Shown here one piece after another: positions 39,285-51,493 of a stretch of 64,000 nucleotides of DNA. The translations under genes and the position numbers were made by a program. This stretch comes from Chiloscyllium plagiosum (Eukaryota), in the NCBI RefSeq assembly GCF_004010195.1, contig NC_057749.1, forward strand, positions 8,903,787-8,967,786. Reading direction: 5' to 3'. The notes below the pieces were generated by a model. That model did not search any database, had not been told where the DNA came from, and saw only the letters and a list, made by a program, of their open reading frames with translations. Position 1 is the first letter of the stretch. Every line of letters begins with the position of its first letter.

Positions 39285-39808
39285 TAAGCCAGTCAGACTA
39301 GAGGATCCTGAGTGGGAATGAGCCAATCAGACTGGAGGTCCCGAGTGGGAATGAGCCAATCAGACTGGAGGTCCAGAGTGGGAATAAGCCAATCAGGCTG
39401 GAGGTCCCGAGTGGGAATGAGCAAGACTGGAGATCCCGAGTGGGAATGAGCCAATCAGACTGGAGGATCCTGAGTGGGAATGAGCCAATCAGACTGGAGG
39501 ATCCTGAGTGGGAATGAGCCCATCAGATTGGAGGTCCCGAGTGGGAATGAGCCAATCAGACTGGAGGATCCTGAGTGGGAATGAGCCCATCAGATTGGAG
39601 GTCCCGAGTGGGAATGAGCCCATCAGACTGGAGGTCCCGAGTGGGAATGAGCCAATCAGACTGGAGGTCCCGAGTGGGAATAAGCCAATCAGGCTGTAGG
39701 TCACGAGTGGGAATGAGCCAGACTGGAGGTCCCGAGTGGGAATGAGCCAATCAGACTGGAGGTCCCGAGTGGGAATGAGCCAATCAGACTGGAGGTCCCG
39801 AGTGGGAA
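39285..39808 (+). repeat. 33-bp minisatellite GAGTGGGAATGAGCCAATCAGACTGGAGGTCCC, about 16 units
   Basis: Read directly; 33-, 34- and 29-bp variants. Confidence 0.95.
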
Positions 39809-39919
39809 GCTCTACGTCTCTGTTAACAAAGTCTAGGTTATAGTGCTTTTCACTGTTTTCTTGTTTGGATCTTTGCTGTTGTGCTCATTGTCCGAGTTAG
39901 GTAGCTCTAGGACACTGTA

Positions 39920-40348
39920 CCCTTTATTAAGGACTCTGGGTTTATACTCAATGGAGTTTAGAAGAATGAGGGGGGATCTGAAACATACAGAATACTGAAT
40001 GGCCTGGACAGAGTGGATGTTGGGAAGATGTTCCCATTGGTAGGAGATACTGGGGTCCGAGGACACAGCTTTACAGTTAAGAGAAAACCTTTTAGAACGG
40101 AGAGAAGGAGAAATCTCTTCAGCCAGAGAGTGGGGAATCTATGGAATTCACTGCCACAGAAGGCTGTGGAGGCCAGGTCATGGAGGATATTTAAGACAGA
40201 AATAGATAGGTTCTTGAGGATCAAGGGTTACAGGGAGGAAGCGGGCGAATGCTGTTGAGAAACGTATCAGCCATAATCGAATGGCAGACCAGACCCGATG
40301 GACTGAATGGCCTAATTTCTGCTCCTGTGTCTTATGTCTATGGTCTTA
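39920..40348 (+). mobile_element. CR1 3' end abutting the acceptor of exon 40372
   Basis: VRGHSFTVK...FSQRVGNLWNSLP...FKTEIDRFL with a TCTTATG/GGTCTTA tail. Confidence 0.88.
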
Positions 40349-40371
40349 ATCACTCTTGCCTTTCCCTACAG

Positions 40372-40623
40372 AAGATACGGCCGGGCCCTGCTCTTTGACC
40401 CCAAGCCGGATCCACGTGCCGTTGTCCCAGGCGGGTAACCATTCCACGGCGCAGGCCGTCACTCTGGAGCAGCTGAGGGAGAAACTGGAGAGCGGGGAGC
40501 CACCTGAGAAGAGAATGGCCAGATTGGCGGAGGGACAGCAGCGTCTGATGCAGCAGGCCCTGCAGCAGAACCTCTTCGCCATGGCAGCCCACGTGCCTAT
40601 GAGCATCAAAATCAACGGGAAAG
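40372..40623 (+). CDS. ARID3B: ARID3B internal exon, REKLES-alpha region (LEQLREKLESGEPPEKRMARL...MSIKINGK)
   Basis: Acceptor tttccctacag, donor gtgagg at 40624; 252 nt, phase 1-1; contains the literal REKLES motif. Confidence 0.95.
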
Positions 40624-41805
40624 GTGAGGCTTGAGTGGAGACAACCCACACAGAGGGAGTGGCGGTAGCACAGCAGGAATGTCACTGATTCCAGAGGCCA
40701 ACCAGTTGTCCAGCCTGGGAAACGCAAGTTCAAATCCTGCTGTGGCAGCTGAGGGAATTAAAATTCAATTGATCAAAATTGGGAATTGAAAACTATTCTT
40801 GGTAAACTGTCGTTGATTGATTGTTGTAAGACAATCTATTTCGTTTATGTTTTGGGAAAGGAAGTCTGCTATCCTTACCCAGTCAGGCCGACATATGACA
40901 GCAGGCCCACAGCATTGCCATTGACCCTTAACTGCCCCCCCACCCCCGGAATGGCCCAGCAAGCCACTCAGCTCGTGGCGCAATTAGGGATGAGGAACAA
41001 ATGCTGGCCTTACCCATAATCCCACGAAATAACAGACCAATGTTAATCTGGTGTCCCATCAGGAGCAAAATGGTGATCTTTGGGAGGTGGGGGCGTGTGG
41101 TTCTAAATGGAGACCAACTCTTCAGCAGTCCATTGATACTGGAGACCGGGCTTGGATTAAATGGCCCTTCTAAAATATGGCGGGTGATTCGTGATCCATC
41201 ATACCATTTCCTCCCCACCAAATTATGCCCCCACCCCCAAAATAGTATTTTCCCTCCCTCTATTGCTGCTTTCACCTGACTTTATACAGACTTGATGGTT
41301 GGGTTTTGTCTTTGGTGATGATTGTTATTGATACAATCATCTTTCAGTCCCATATTGAAAATATCTCAGACCAGGGCCTCGGTCAGTCTTGGCAGTGACC
41401 CTCCCCAGCAGGCTCTTCAAGAAGTGAGGCCATTTCCTCACTGCCTCAGCTCATCCATCAAGATTAGCAACTTGGATGAGATTGGGTTGGCTGAAATCTT
41501 CACTCCCGCGGGGTCTGTATATTAATGCTGAGCTGACTTTGCATTTTTCCAATATCCCTTTAACTGCTGGGGGTGACTGTAACAGTGAGGAGAAACAGGA
41601 TGGTGAGCCAGTATTCCCCAAAAACTACCCTGCCCCAGCAGAAACCAATTCAAGCAGCACAGACATTGAGAACAGAATCAATAAATGTGAAGCTAGAAGA
41701 GCAGCACAGGTCAGACAGAATCCGAGGAGAGGGAAAGTCAATGTTTCGGGCCAAAATCTTTCATCAGGATACTGCCTGATCTGCTGTACTCTTCCAGCTT
41801 CACAG

Positions 41806-42088
41806 TGGGCAGCATGGTGGCACAGTGGTCAGCACTGCTGCCTCACAGCGCCAGAGACCCGGGTTCAATTCCCGCCTCAGGCGACTGTCTGCGAGGATTT
41901 CTTTCGGGTGCTCCGGTTTCCTCCCACAGTCCAAAGACGTGCAGGTTAGGTGAATTGGCCACGCTAAATTGCCTGTTATGTGAAGGGGTAAATGTAAGGG
42001 AATGGGTCTGGGTGGGTTGCTGTTCGGAGTGTCGGTGTGGACTTGTTAGGCCGAAGGGCCTGTTTCCACACTTTAAGTAATCTAATCT
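41806..42088 (+). mobile_element. HE1-type tRNA-derived V-SINE
   Basis: Pol III A box TGGCACAGTGG and B box GGTTCAATTCC, V-domain-like core, CR1-like tail. Other + copies at about 25245-25515, 34160-34350, 46915-47180, 53730-54010, 58058-58305, 60825-61230, 63620-63725. Confidence 0.88.
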
Positions 42089-42174
42089 ATTGACTCTGGC
42101 TTCCAGCATCTGCAGTCTTTACTGTCTCCTACTCATGGAGATCAGAGGTCTCTGTCTGGTCCACAGTCATGGCA

Positions 42175-42800
42175 AGAAATTGTGTGTGTCTGTTTGTGTT
42201 TCTGTTTCTGTGTGTGTGTGTGTATGTGTGTTTGCATTTATCTCTCTGTGCATGTGTGCCTGTGTTGACGTGTCTGTGCGCTGCAGTATCTGTGTATGTC
42301 CTTTGTTGTGACCCTGTGTGTGTCTCTATATGTTCCTCTGTAAATGTCACATGTGTTTTTTTTATACGGCTGTGTGTTTGTTGTGTGTGTCCATGGGAAT
42401 GAGGGAGAGAGAGAGACATGAAGAGGGGGATAGATAGAAAACATGACTGGGAAAGAGGGAGGGAGAAAGGGATGTCAAGGAGAATACAAAGAGAAAGTGG
42501 AGGAGGAAGAGTATGAGAAAGGGGGAAAGAGGGAAATGTCAAGAGAACAAAGAGAAATAGTAAGAGGGAGAGATAGTCATTGAGAGAGAGAAATAGACAG
42601 GGAGCAGGGAGAGAGCGAGACGTGTGAGGGGAGAGAGCGAGACTTGTGAGGGGAGAGAGACGTGTGGAGAAGGGGAGAGAGAGAGGGAGAAAGAGCAAGA
42701 GAGAGAGACGTGTGGAGAAGGGGAGAGAGAGGGAGAGGTGTGTGGAGAGTGGTGTGACGTTGACGAGAGAGAGAGGTGAAGACAGAGACATTGGAGATAT
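42175..42800 (+). repeat. GT-rich followed by GA-rich low-complexity tract
   Basis: Read directly. Confidence 0.85.
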
Positions 42801-43904
42801 GCCAGAGAGGTAGCATGGAGGGAAATGCTGAGACCATGGGAGAAAGAGGAAGCCCACTAGAGTAAGAAGCAAACATGGGACAGTAGGAAAGAAAGAATAT
42901 CGGAGCAAACAGGATGAAGATGCATGATAATCCCTAATAGAGAGCCTCAAGTGAACAGCCCCTTGCAGACTGTGGGCGGGAAGGGGATGAGCTAGAGTGG
43001 TGCAAGGAGAGAGTCAGTAACTTAAAGAACACATAATCTTGATGAACACACAGTGTTTCAGAGATAAAGGAGTTGGATATATTTTGACAGTGTTAGATTT
43101 AATCTCAGTGACAGTTAGTTGTGTGATTCAGCAGAACGTGGATGAGAGCAGACAGTTGTTCATTTGTTGCCTCGCGGTCACCCTGCTCTCACGCACACAC
43201 ACACACGCAGCTCTCGATAGAATGGTGATGGCCGGCAAGCAGGGTAGGTCTCCAACCCAGTTTACATCAGCTTTGTCCACAGCCTGAGCCCTTTCACCAT
43301 CAGCGAGGTGGATGGATTGTTCCATACAGCCAGCATGGGCTCAGTAGGCCGAATGGTCTCTTTCAGTGCTGCATCATCTCTTTGATCAATGAGAATTTGA
43401 AGTGAGTAGACAACTTCAGGCGTCCAGTGGGAGCAGACATCCGGGGGGAGGAGGAAGGTAAGCTGAGAAGCAAGCTGGTATGAGAGTGTGATTGCTGGAA
43501 ACTAAGGTCAGTCTGGAGAGGGGTTGTGGGCATGGGGCTGGGAGGTGGGGGATTGTGAGCATACTGGCACACCATGAGCCCCCTCTGTCTCTGTAATCCC
43601 ATCCAACCCTACACACCCCTCAGGGGAGGCAATGCCCCAGTGATATTCTCGATAGAATGTTAATCAAGAGCCCTAATATTCTGGGGGCCTGGGTTTGAAT
43701 CCTGCCATGGCAGATGGTGGTCTTTGAATTCAATAGAAGTCTGGAATTAAGTCCAGTGAATCAATTGTTGGCAAAAAAAAACCCATCTGGTTCACAACTG
43801 TCCTTTAGGGGAGGAACCTGCTGTCCTTACCTGAACACAGTGTTCTCAACATACCAACAGCATGGGTTCAATTCCCTCAACTGAGGTTACCATGAAGGAT
43901 AGGG

Positions 43905-44210
43905 TGAGTAGCCGAGGTCTTTTCCCCCAGGGTAGGGGAGTCCAAAATTAGAGGGCATAGGTTCAAGGTGAGAGGGCAAGATTCTAAAGGGCAACTTTTT
44001 CCGCACAGAGTGTGGTGTGTGTATGGAATAAGCTGCTGGAGGACGTGGTGGTGGCTGGTACAATTATAACATTTAAAACATCTGGATGGGTGCATGAATA
44101 GGAAGGGATAAGGGCCAAATGCTGGCAAATGGAACTAGATTAACTTAGGATATCTGGTCGGCATGGACGAGTTGAACGAAGGGTCTGTATCTGTGCTGTA
44201 CGTCTCTCAG
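43905..44210 (+). mobile_element. CR1 3' end
   Basis: Homology to 9750-10065. Others at about 49645-49970 (-), 53095-53235 (+), 53500-53700 (-), 59830-59950 (+), 61440-61900 (+, split by a SINE). Confidence 0.8.
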
Positions 44211-44239
44211 ACTCTCCTTCCTAACCTTTCCCCTTACCT

Positions 44240-44450
44240 GAGGATGAAAGGTTGGGGAATGGGTAATGGAAGATTGAGGGGTATTGGAAAGTCAGGGATT
44301 GGGGGATAGAAGGTTGGGGGAGGTGAAAGGTCAGGTGGGATAGGGTGGAAGGTCAGGGAGTGCGGGATGGAAGATCGGGGGGGTGAAACGTTGGTGGGTA
44401 TTGGAAGGTCGGGGAGTGGGGGATAGAAAGTTGGGGAAGTGGAAGGTGAC
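44240..44450 (+). repeat. G-rich repeat (GGAAGGTC-GGGGAGTGGGGGAT-like units)
   Basis: Read directly. Confidence 0.75.
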
Positions 44451-44809
44451 CCTCAGTTTAAAACACCACCAGTCATCTCTCTGTAAGGGGAGAGCAGCCC
44501 TATGGTCTGGTAGGACTATGGCAATGTGGCATTTATTTTGTAGATAGTAGGCACTGCTGCCATCATGGTGGGAGTGGAATATTTCTGGGAGTGGATGGGG
44601 CAGCTCCATCTAACCAAGCTTGATTGCTTCATGTTGACACTCATTGACCAGAAAGCCAAGACATTCACGTGTTGGAAAGATCATTGCACAGTTCTTTTCG
44701 AATTGCACTCTTCGCTTCTGTCACTAGTTACATGTTAAAGGATGTTTGTGGTTCCATCATGGCTAAAACTCATGTGACATGCCCACTCAATCCTTGTGTC
44801 TCTGCTTTC

Positions 44810-45806
44810 TCCTGACCCCACTCCACTCCCAAACCCCCAAATTTCCATTCCCACCCCTGACCTTCCACACCCCCACCCCCNNNNNNNNNNNNNNNNNNNN
44901 NNNNNNNNNNNNNNNNNNNNNNNNNNNNNNNNNNNNNNNNNNNNNNNNNNNNNNNNNNNNNNNNNNNNNNNNNNNNNNNNNNNNNNNNNNNNNNNNNNNN
45001 NNNNNNNNNNNNNNNNNNNNNNNNNNNNNNNNNNNNNNNNNNNNNNNNNNNNNNNNNNNNNNNNNNNNNNNNNNNNNNNNNNNNNNNNNNNNNNNNNNNN
45101 NNNNNNNNNNNNNNNNNNNNNNNNNNNNNNNNNNNNNNNNNNNNNNNNNNNNNNNNNNNNNNNNNNNNNNNNNNNNNNNNNNNNNNNNNNNNNNNNNNNN
45201 NNNNNNNNNNNNNNNNNNNNNNNNNNNNNNNNNNNNNNNNNNNNNNNNNNNNNNNNNNNNNNNNNNNNNNNNNNNNNNNNNNNNNNNNNNNNNNNNNNNN
45301 NNNNNNNNNNNNNNNNNNNNNNNNNNNNNNNNNNNNNNNNNNNNNNNNNNNNNNNNNNNNNNNNNNNNNNNNNNNNNNNNNNNNNNNNNNNNNNNNNNNN
45401 NNNNNNNNNNNNNNNNNNNNNNNNNNNNNNNNNNNNNNNNNNNNNNNNNNNNNNNNNNNNNNNNNNNNNNNNNNNNNNNNNNNNNNNNNNNNNNNNNNNN
45501 NNNNNNNNNNNNNNNNNNNNNNNNNNNNNNNNNNNNNNNNNNNNNNNNNNNNNNNNNNNNNNNNNNNNNNNNNNNNNNNNNNNNNNNNNNNNNNNNNNNN
45601 NNNNNNNNNNNNNNNNNNNNNNNNNNNNNNNNNNNNNNNNNNNNNNNNNNNGACCTTCCATCCCCACCCTCCCATGACCTTCCATCCCCACCCTCCCATG
45701 ACCTTCCACCCCCACCCTCCCATGACCTTCCATCTCCACCTGCCGACCTTCCACTCCTCCACCTGACCTTATATCCCCCAATCCCCCGACCTTCCACTCC
45801 CACCCC
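44810..45806 (+). repeat. C-rich 24-bp repeat GACCTTCCATCCCCACCCTCCCAT spanning a gap
   Basis: Units visible on both sides of gap 44881-45651. Confidence 0.8.
44881..45651. other. Assembly gap (others: 9360-9748, 16649-17000, 38269-38339)
   Basis: Runs of N, all flanked by repeat sequence on both sides. Confidence 1.
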
Positions 45807-45821
45807 TATGTTGTCTTCCAG

Positions 45822-45911
45822 ATGACCGACAGGAGCTTGCATTGAACTTGTCAACGAATGGTATCAGCAGCATTAACATGTCGATTGAGATTAATGGTAC
45901 TCTCTATACAG
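45822..45911 (+). CDS. ARID3B: ARID3B internal exon, REKLES-beta: (D)DRQELALNLSTNGISSINMSIEINGTLYT(G)
   Basis: Not in the ORF track; read directly. Acceptor ttgtcttccag, donor gtaagg at 45912; 90 nt, phase 1-1. SINMSIEINGxxYTG is the ARID3 REKLES-beta signature. Confidence 0.94.
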
Positions 45912-47719
45912 GTAAGGTACTGACTCCTCTTAGTCGTAGCCTGACAGGTTAGAGATCACAAAGTACACCTGAACCAGTGTCTGCGAGAGGGCAAGCTTAA
46001 TAAGCCACGCAGCTATGTGGAGTTAAATGTAATCTCTCCTGTTTTATCAGTGCGATTCTAAAGTCCATTTATTGCAGACAAGTTCGACACTTGACATTTT
46101 TCCCAATCTCTGAAGGGAATCCCAGCTCCCCAGTTCCAGGTAAGTTGTCCACATTTAGTCAGCGGGCCTGTGGTTTTAACATGGTCCACACTCCAGCATC
46201 TGCGGGTGTGCCCTCTGGGATTGCCCTGTGCATATGTCACCCTGCACTGACATTTGCTGGATCTGATTTTCCCAATGCCCTTTTGCCTCAGAAACTTCCT
46301 TTTAAATGTGCAATACCATTCCTGTTTTTTATTTAAAAGGGAAAAATAACAGCAAAAGAAATGTTATAACTGATACTAAGTATGGTTTTTACATGAGTAA
46401 ATCATAGAATCTCTGCAGTGTGGAAGCAGGCCATTCAGCCTGTCAAGTGCACACTGACCCTCCGAAGAGCATCCCACCCAGATTCACCCCCCCACCTTCC
46501 CATCCCTATAACCCTACATTCCCCATGGCCAATCCACATCGCCCACACATCCCTGGACACTATGAGCAATTTAGCATGGACAGTCCATCCTAACCTGCAC
46601 ATCTTTGGACTGTGAGAGAAAGTCCATGCAGACTCGGGGTTAATGTGTAAAACCCCACGCATACAGTCACCCAAGGGATCAAACCTGGGTCTGTGGTGCT
46701 GTGAGGCAGCAGTGCTAAACACTGAGCCACTGTGCCACCCAAATGGCAACAGAAGTGAATGGGCAGCTTGTTATCCAGGGGATGTTAGAAAGCACAAAGC
46801 CGCTACTTCTACCTCCTGTTTCCAGGATTATGGCCATGCCGATCCAGTCTTGGTGTGACTCTTCAAAAGCATTTGAAAAATCAGGTTGTAAACTAACATG
46901 TCACATGCTAATTGCAATGGTGGCTCAGCGGTTAGCACTGCTCCCTCACAGCGCCAGGGACCTGGGTTCGATTCCACCCTCTGGCGACTGTCTGTCTAGA
47001 GTTTCCACATTCTCTGTGTGGGTTTCCTCCCGATGCTCTGGTTTCCTCTCACAATCCAAAGATGCACAGGCCAGGTGGATTCTGGGAAATGTAGGGTTAG
47101 AGGGATAGGCTGGGATGCTCTTTGGAGGGTCAGTGCAGACTCGATGGGCCAAGTGGCTTCCATCTGCTCTGTAGGCATTCTGTGCTGCAAAGAGCAACAC
47201 ACATTGCCGAAGCTGGTCATCATGCTATCCTCAGGTCAGATGCAAGAATGTCCAAATTTCAGACAATCACAACAATTTATAATGCAGGTGGAAAGAGTGC
47301 CGATTGGTTGGAACGTCAGATCTGATGGGCAGCTAGGGATAAAAGAACAGAGAACTGTAGCTTGGATAGTTCAAAAATATGCAAAGGTTTGAGCATTCTT
47401 TTATTTTGTAATGAATGGATCCCTGCTTATGAATGCAGGCCTTTATTCAGTTTTGAAATTTGGCATTCTTGCATGTGTCCTGATGAGAAGCTTCGATGAC
47501 ACGCCTCCCTTTTCAGCACGATTCAATTCTGTGCATCACTAAGTTTAACTTGTAAAATTCATTGGAACAGAGGGGAGTGAGAGTGAGAAGGAATCTCTCT
47601 TTTGACCCGGCTGCCTGATTGCATTGATAGAAGATTAGTCAAGCCAGGAGCAGAATTACCTCTGCCAGGGACGGCTTTGCAAATATTATTGTCCAAAGAG
47701 CTGGAATTATGTCGGCCAC

Positions 47720-48125
47720 TTCTTCGTGTGTCGCGTTCTTGTCTCTTAGTCAGAAGGTCCCACTCCGGAAATTTGAGGACAGCATCTAAGATGACACTGC
47801 CGGTGCCGTGCTGTGGGAGTACCACACTATCAAAGGTGCCGTCTCTCAGATGAGTCACTCACCTACGATTGTTCTCTCAGATGGATGCAAAAACACCTCA
47901 AGACAAAGAAACGTTATTCCTGGGGCTTTAGTCAATATTTATACTTTGACCAGTACAACACACAATCTGCTCGTTATCATCTTGTTGTTTATGCAAATTT
48001 GCTGATTTGGTGAACCCCCTTCCTCCAGCACAACAGGGACTGCATTTCATAAGGTCCTTCACCGGCTATGAAGTACTTTTGGGAAATCCTATGGTTGTGA
48101 CAGGAGCTAGATAAATGCAAGGTGT
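47720..48125 (+). mobile_element. Ancient Deu-domain-like SINE remnant
   Basis: Motifs GGTGCCGTCTxTCAGATGAG...TGCAAATT...ATAAATGCAA recur at about 4850-5800 (split), 8770-10470 (split), 35070-35220 (-), 49300-49640 and 52120-52460; family name tentative. Confidence 0.5.
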
Positions 48126-48212
48126 ATCATTCTTTTCCTGAGGACTTATTGTCTTTCCCTGCAGTTTGAACGGTACCAAAAGAAACTTCCTTATTATTTT
48201 GTCCCTGCACAG

Positions 48213-48352
48213 GAGTGTTGTTTGCCCAGAGACCAGCTGTGCATGTGATCGCAGGACCCAGCAGCAGCACATCTGGTTCACAGAGCACCTCCAGTCCTAC
48301 CTCTGTCAAGGGCCCCGCCTCTGCTGAGCCCTCCACCAGTGGCTCCCCCTGA
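48213..48352 (+). CDS. ARID3B: ARID3B last coding exon: (G)VLFAQRPAVHVIAGPSSSTSGSQSTSSPTSVKGPASAEPSTSGSP*
   Basis: Not in the ORF track. Acceptor ccctgcacag ends 48212, TGA at 48350-48352. GVLFAQxPxVHxI and the SAEPSTS end resemble the ARID3B C-terminus rather than ARID3A/3C (from recall). Confidence 0.93.
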
Positions 48353-50274
48353 AGCAGCCAACTGCCACAGCGTCAGCAAATGGACTTGTCTCAATTGTAT
48401 TTTTCTAGAGTCAGGGCAGGGAATAATGAGCGAGAAGTGGAAAAATGCAGGAACAGAAAGAACACATAAAAGGATTGCACAGATCTTTTCAGCTCAAGGA
48501 ACCTATGTGACAATTCTTTTGTTTTATTATTCAGTCAATCTCTTGTGTTGCACAGGGGGCAATCAAAACTGAGTGTTCTCTTCAGGTAAAAAAGGTGTTG
48601 GAGTGGGTCAGGGGTTAGAGGTTAACTGGGCCTGGTTTTGCAGATGTGACTGTCTCCCCACTGTGAGATGATATGTATGGGTTCTTATTTTTGTACGTCA
48701 TTTCAATTATGCGCATCCCCATTTATTCTGGGAGTTGCCCTGAGTCCATTTGTCACTCTGTAATCCTGCCCTCTGAGCAGTGGCGGAACTGCAGTGTCAC
48801 CTCTGGGCGGGAGGGTGTAATTACAGCGTGACATGTTTACATGAATAATTCCCATTATAATGGCGGACGTGAAATTAATAACAGAGACCACTGACAGGAT
48901 GCAGGCACAAGAATGTTTAATATATTATGTAAATATGCAGCCGGTGTGGTTTTAATTTGACTTTACCTTGAAGTGACAGTGTACCTTTTGTTGGTTTCCA
49001 GCAGTTATTCGAAAGTTACATGGGAGGGAGTCCAGACTAAAACTGGGCCTTGTTCATTTTTCACTTCAGTCATAAAGAAATTCAGCAACCTGTTCAAAAT
49101 GCAGTGGAAAATAGTTCCAGAAACAAGAAGATTTTATTCCTTAAATTATAGAGAGTCACGCTGAGGTGGAAATGTTGATGTCCTTGGCAGAACTGGGTCT
49201 GACTGACCCTGAGCTGCAAACCCAAGGGTGTTGCTTCCCTCCAACTGAATGGCCAAGTATGCTAGTCAGGGGTGAGTGTCAACAGACTCTCTTCCACCAT
49301 CGTAAGCAGCACACTGGGATCTACCCATGCCCCTGCCTTTTGTAATCCACCGTGACTCAGCGGGTAGTGATCCCATTGGTGAGTCTGACGGGTCCCACTT
49401 CAGCAACCCGAGCACTGATGCCCAGGCTGAAACTCCCATGGAAGCATTGATGGAGTGCCACACTGCCAGGGGTGCCACTTGCCCGCCTGCCCTCTCGGGT
49501 GGAGGTATCGTGAGGAAGACCAGGGGGCTTCTCCCCATGCCCAGCGTCCTGGTGACTACTCATCCTTCACGTAACATTGCTGGAACAGTTTATCTAGTCA
49601 CTGTCACAGGCTTGTTCATGGGAGCCTGCTGTGCACATCATTTCTGAGAGTACAGCATGGAAACAGGCCCTTCGGCCCAACCCGTCTGTGCCGACCAGGT
49701 TTCCGAAATTATACTAGTCCTATTTGCTAACATTTGGCCATTATCCCTCTAAACTCTTCCTATTTATATACCCTTCCAGATGCCTTTTAGATGTTGTAAT
49801 TATACCAACCTCCACCTCTTCCTCTGGCAGCTCATTCCATACACGCACCACTATTTGCGTGTAAAATTTGCCCCTCGGGTCCCTTTTAAATCTTTGCCCC
49901 CTCTTCTTAAGCCTAAACCATCTAGTTTTGGACTGCACTACGCTGGGGAAAAGACATTGGCTATTCACCTTATCTCTGACTTCATTGGCTGGGAAGCCAC
50001 GGGACAGTGAAAGGCGCTATATAAGTGCAATCTTGCCTCTCTCGCTGAACATCTCCAGCTCAAGGCAGTGTTCAGGGGAACCATCCTGGTATATTGTCGT
50101 ATTGATGTAACCCCATGATAAGGGGGATGTTGAGTGAGGCAGTTCAGAGCACTTAACCCTGAGTCAATAGGGGGATTGTAGCTGTTAAGAAGAAAAATGT
50201 GCCCTCTTGTTGGGAGAGCTGGAATACAGAAGGGGTGATTAAAACCAGCCATGCTTCATTTAGGGTACCACTAA

Positions 50275-51462
50275 TAATTAGTTAGAAAAACACTGTAGTG
50301 GGAAAGAGACTGTTAGAGTGACAGGAAGAATAATCCAATCAGGAAATGATGAGTCTCCGATTGGTCTATTCCTGTAGAGAATGTCCTGTGGGCACCAGTA
50401 ATGATTAAGATGCTTCCCCTTTTCACAACATGGCACTTATACTGTGGGCGGGAATGTAACATTTACATTACTTTTTAAAATGTGATGTTTTGCAGTCAGT
50501 TGGTCAACCTTTACCACTCAGATGGGCTATGTTACCCACAACCTTCCACATAAAGTAGTCAGTAGTCAGGGGTAGAAATAAAAGTAGAGCAAAAATATCA
50601 ATTCTGAAAAGGTTTCCCTCCTCCAAGCTGTGAAGCCTGGAGTAGGTAGGCCTCTGCAAAGAGACAGTCACAGTTCCCACCGATCGCTGGAGTTTGGTTG
50701 AACTCTGGCCAAGTGTTTGCCAAACACTTACCTCCAAGATCATTTCCCCCCCGAGTTGGGGATCTCTGGAGGCCATTGAAAAGCCCAGTTAGAAGATGCC
50801 ATGGGGTTAAATTGAATTCCACATGAGGTAGGCTCAACCCTTAGAGCAGTCACCCAACATGGCTCCCCCACCCCCGCTCCCAGGGAGACAGTAAATTTGA
50901 TTTGACGCCGTTGCATGAACCCTCCGAGTTGCCAACAGAAGGTACACAGTCTCACCAAGGGAGATTGCTGTGGCCTAAGGACTTCTCCATGTCATTGTGA
51001 ATGTGGGGCAGATTGTCAGCTGGTTGGCACCTGGAAAGGTGCCAGTGGCCATATAGGTAGCCTAGAGGGTGCAGTCAAATTCAAGAGAGTTGGGCTGAGG
51101 TGTCCATGTGTATTGGTTTGCGTTTGTACGTGAGTGTCTTTTTGTGTGAGTGTGTGTTTTTCTGAGTGTGAGTTTGTGTCTGTATCTGTGTGTATGTGGT
51201 TTTGTGTTTATGTGAGTGTGAGAATGTGTTTGTGAATGAATGTGTGTGTCAATTTGTTTGAAGGTGTATGAGTGTGTATGTGTTTACAAGTTTGTGTGTG
51301 ATTGTGTATATGCCTGAGAGTGTGCATATTGGGGGAGAGAGAGAGGGAGGGGGGAGAGAGGTAGGTGGGTGGGCGAGAGAGTGAAGGAAGGGGCGAGTGA
51401 GAGAGGGAGAGCGCGAGAGAGAGAGGGAGGGGGCAAGAGACAGAGAGAAAGTGAGAGAGAAT

Positions 51463-51493
<31 letters not shown>

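Noticed and set aside
39285..39808. CRISPR-like periodic array
   Set aside because: Head-to-tail units with no unique spacers, eukaryotic intron, no cas genes.
42129..42950. 273-aa Leu/Ser-rich minus-strand ORF (also 51249-51727)
   Set aside because: Translation of GA/GT microsatellite.
44735..45854. Long ORFs of 290-355 aa (also 9217-9840 and 16110-17114)
   Set aside because: They read through N gaps and low-complexity DNA.
50824..50845. TGAGGTAG as a let-7 gene
   Set aside because: Only the seed matches; the rest is not let-7 and no hairpin is evident.
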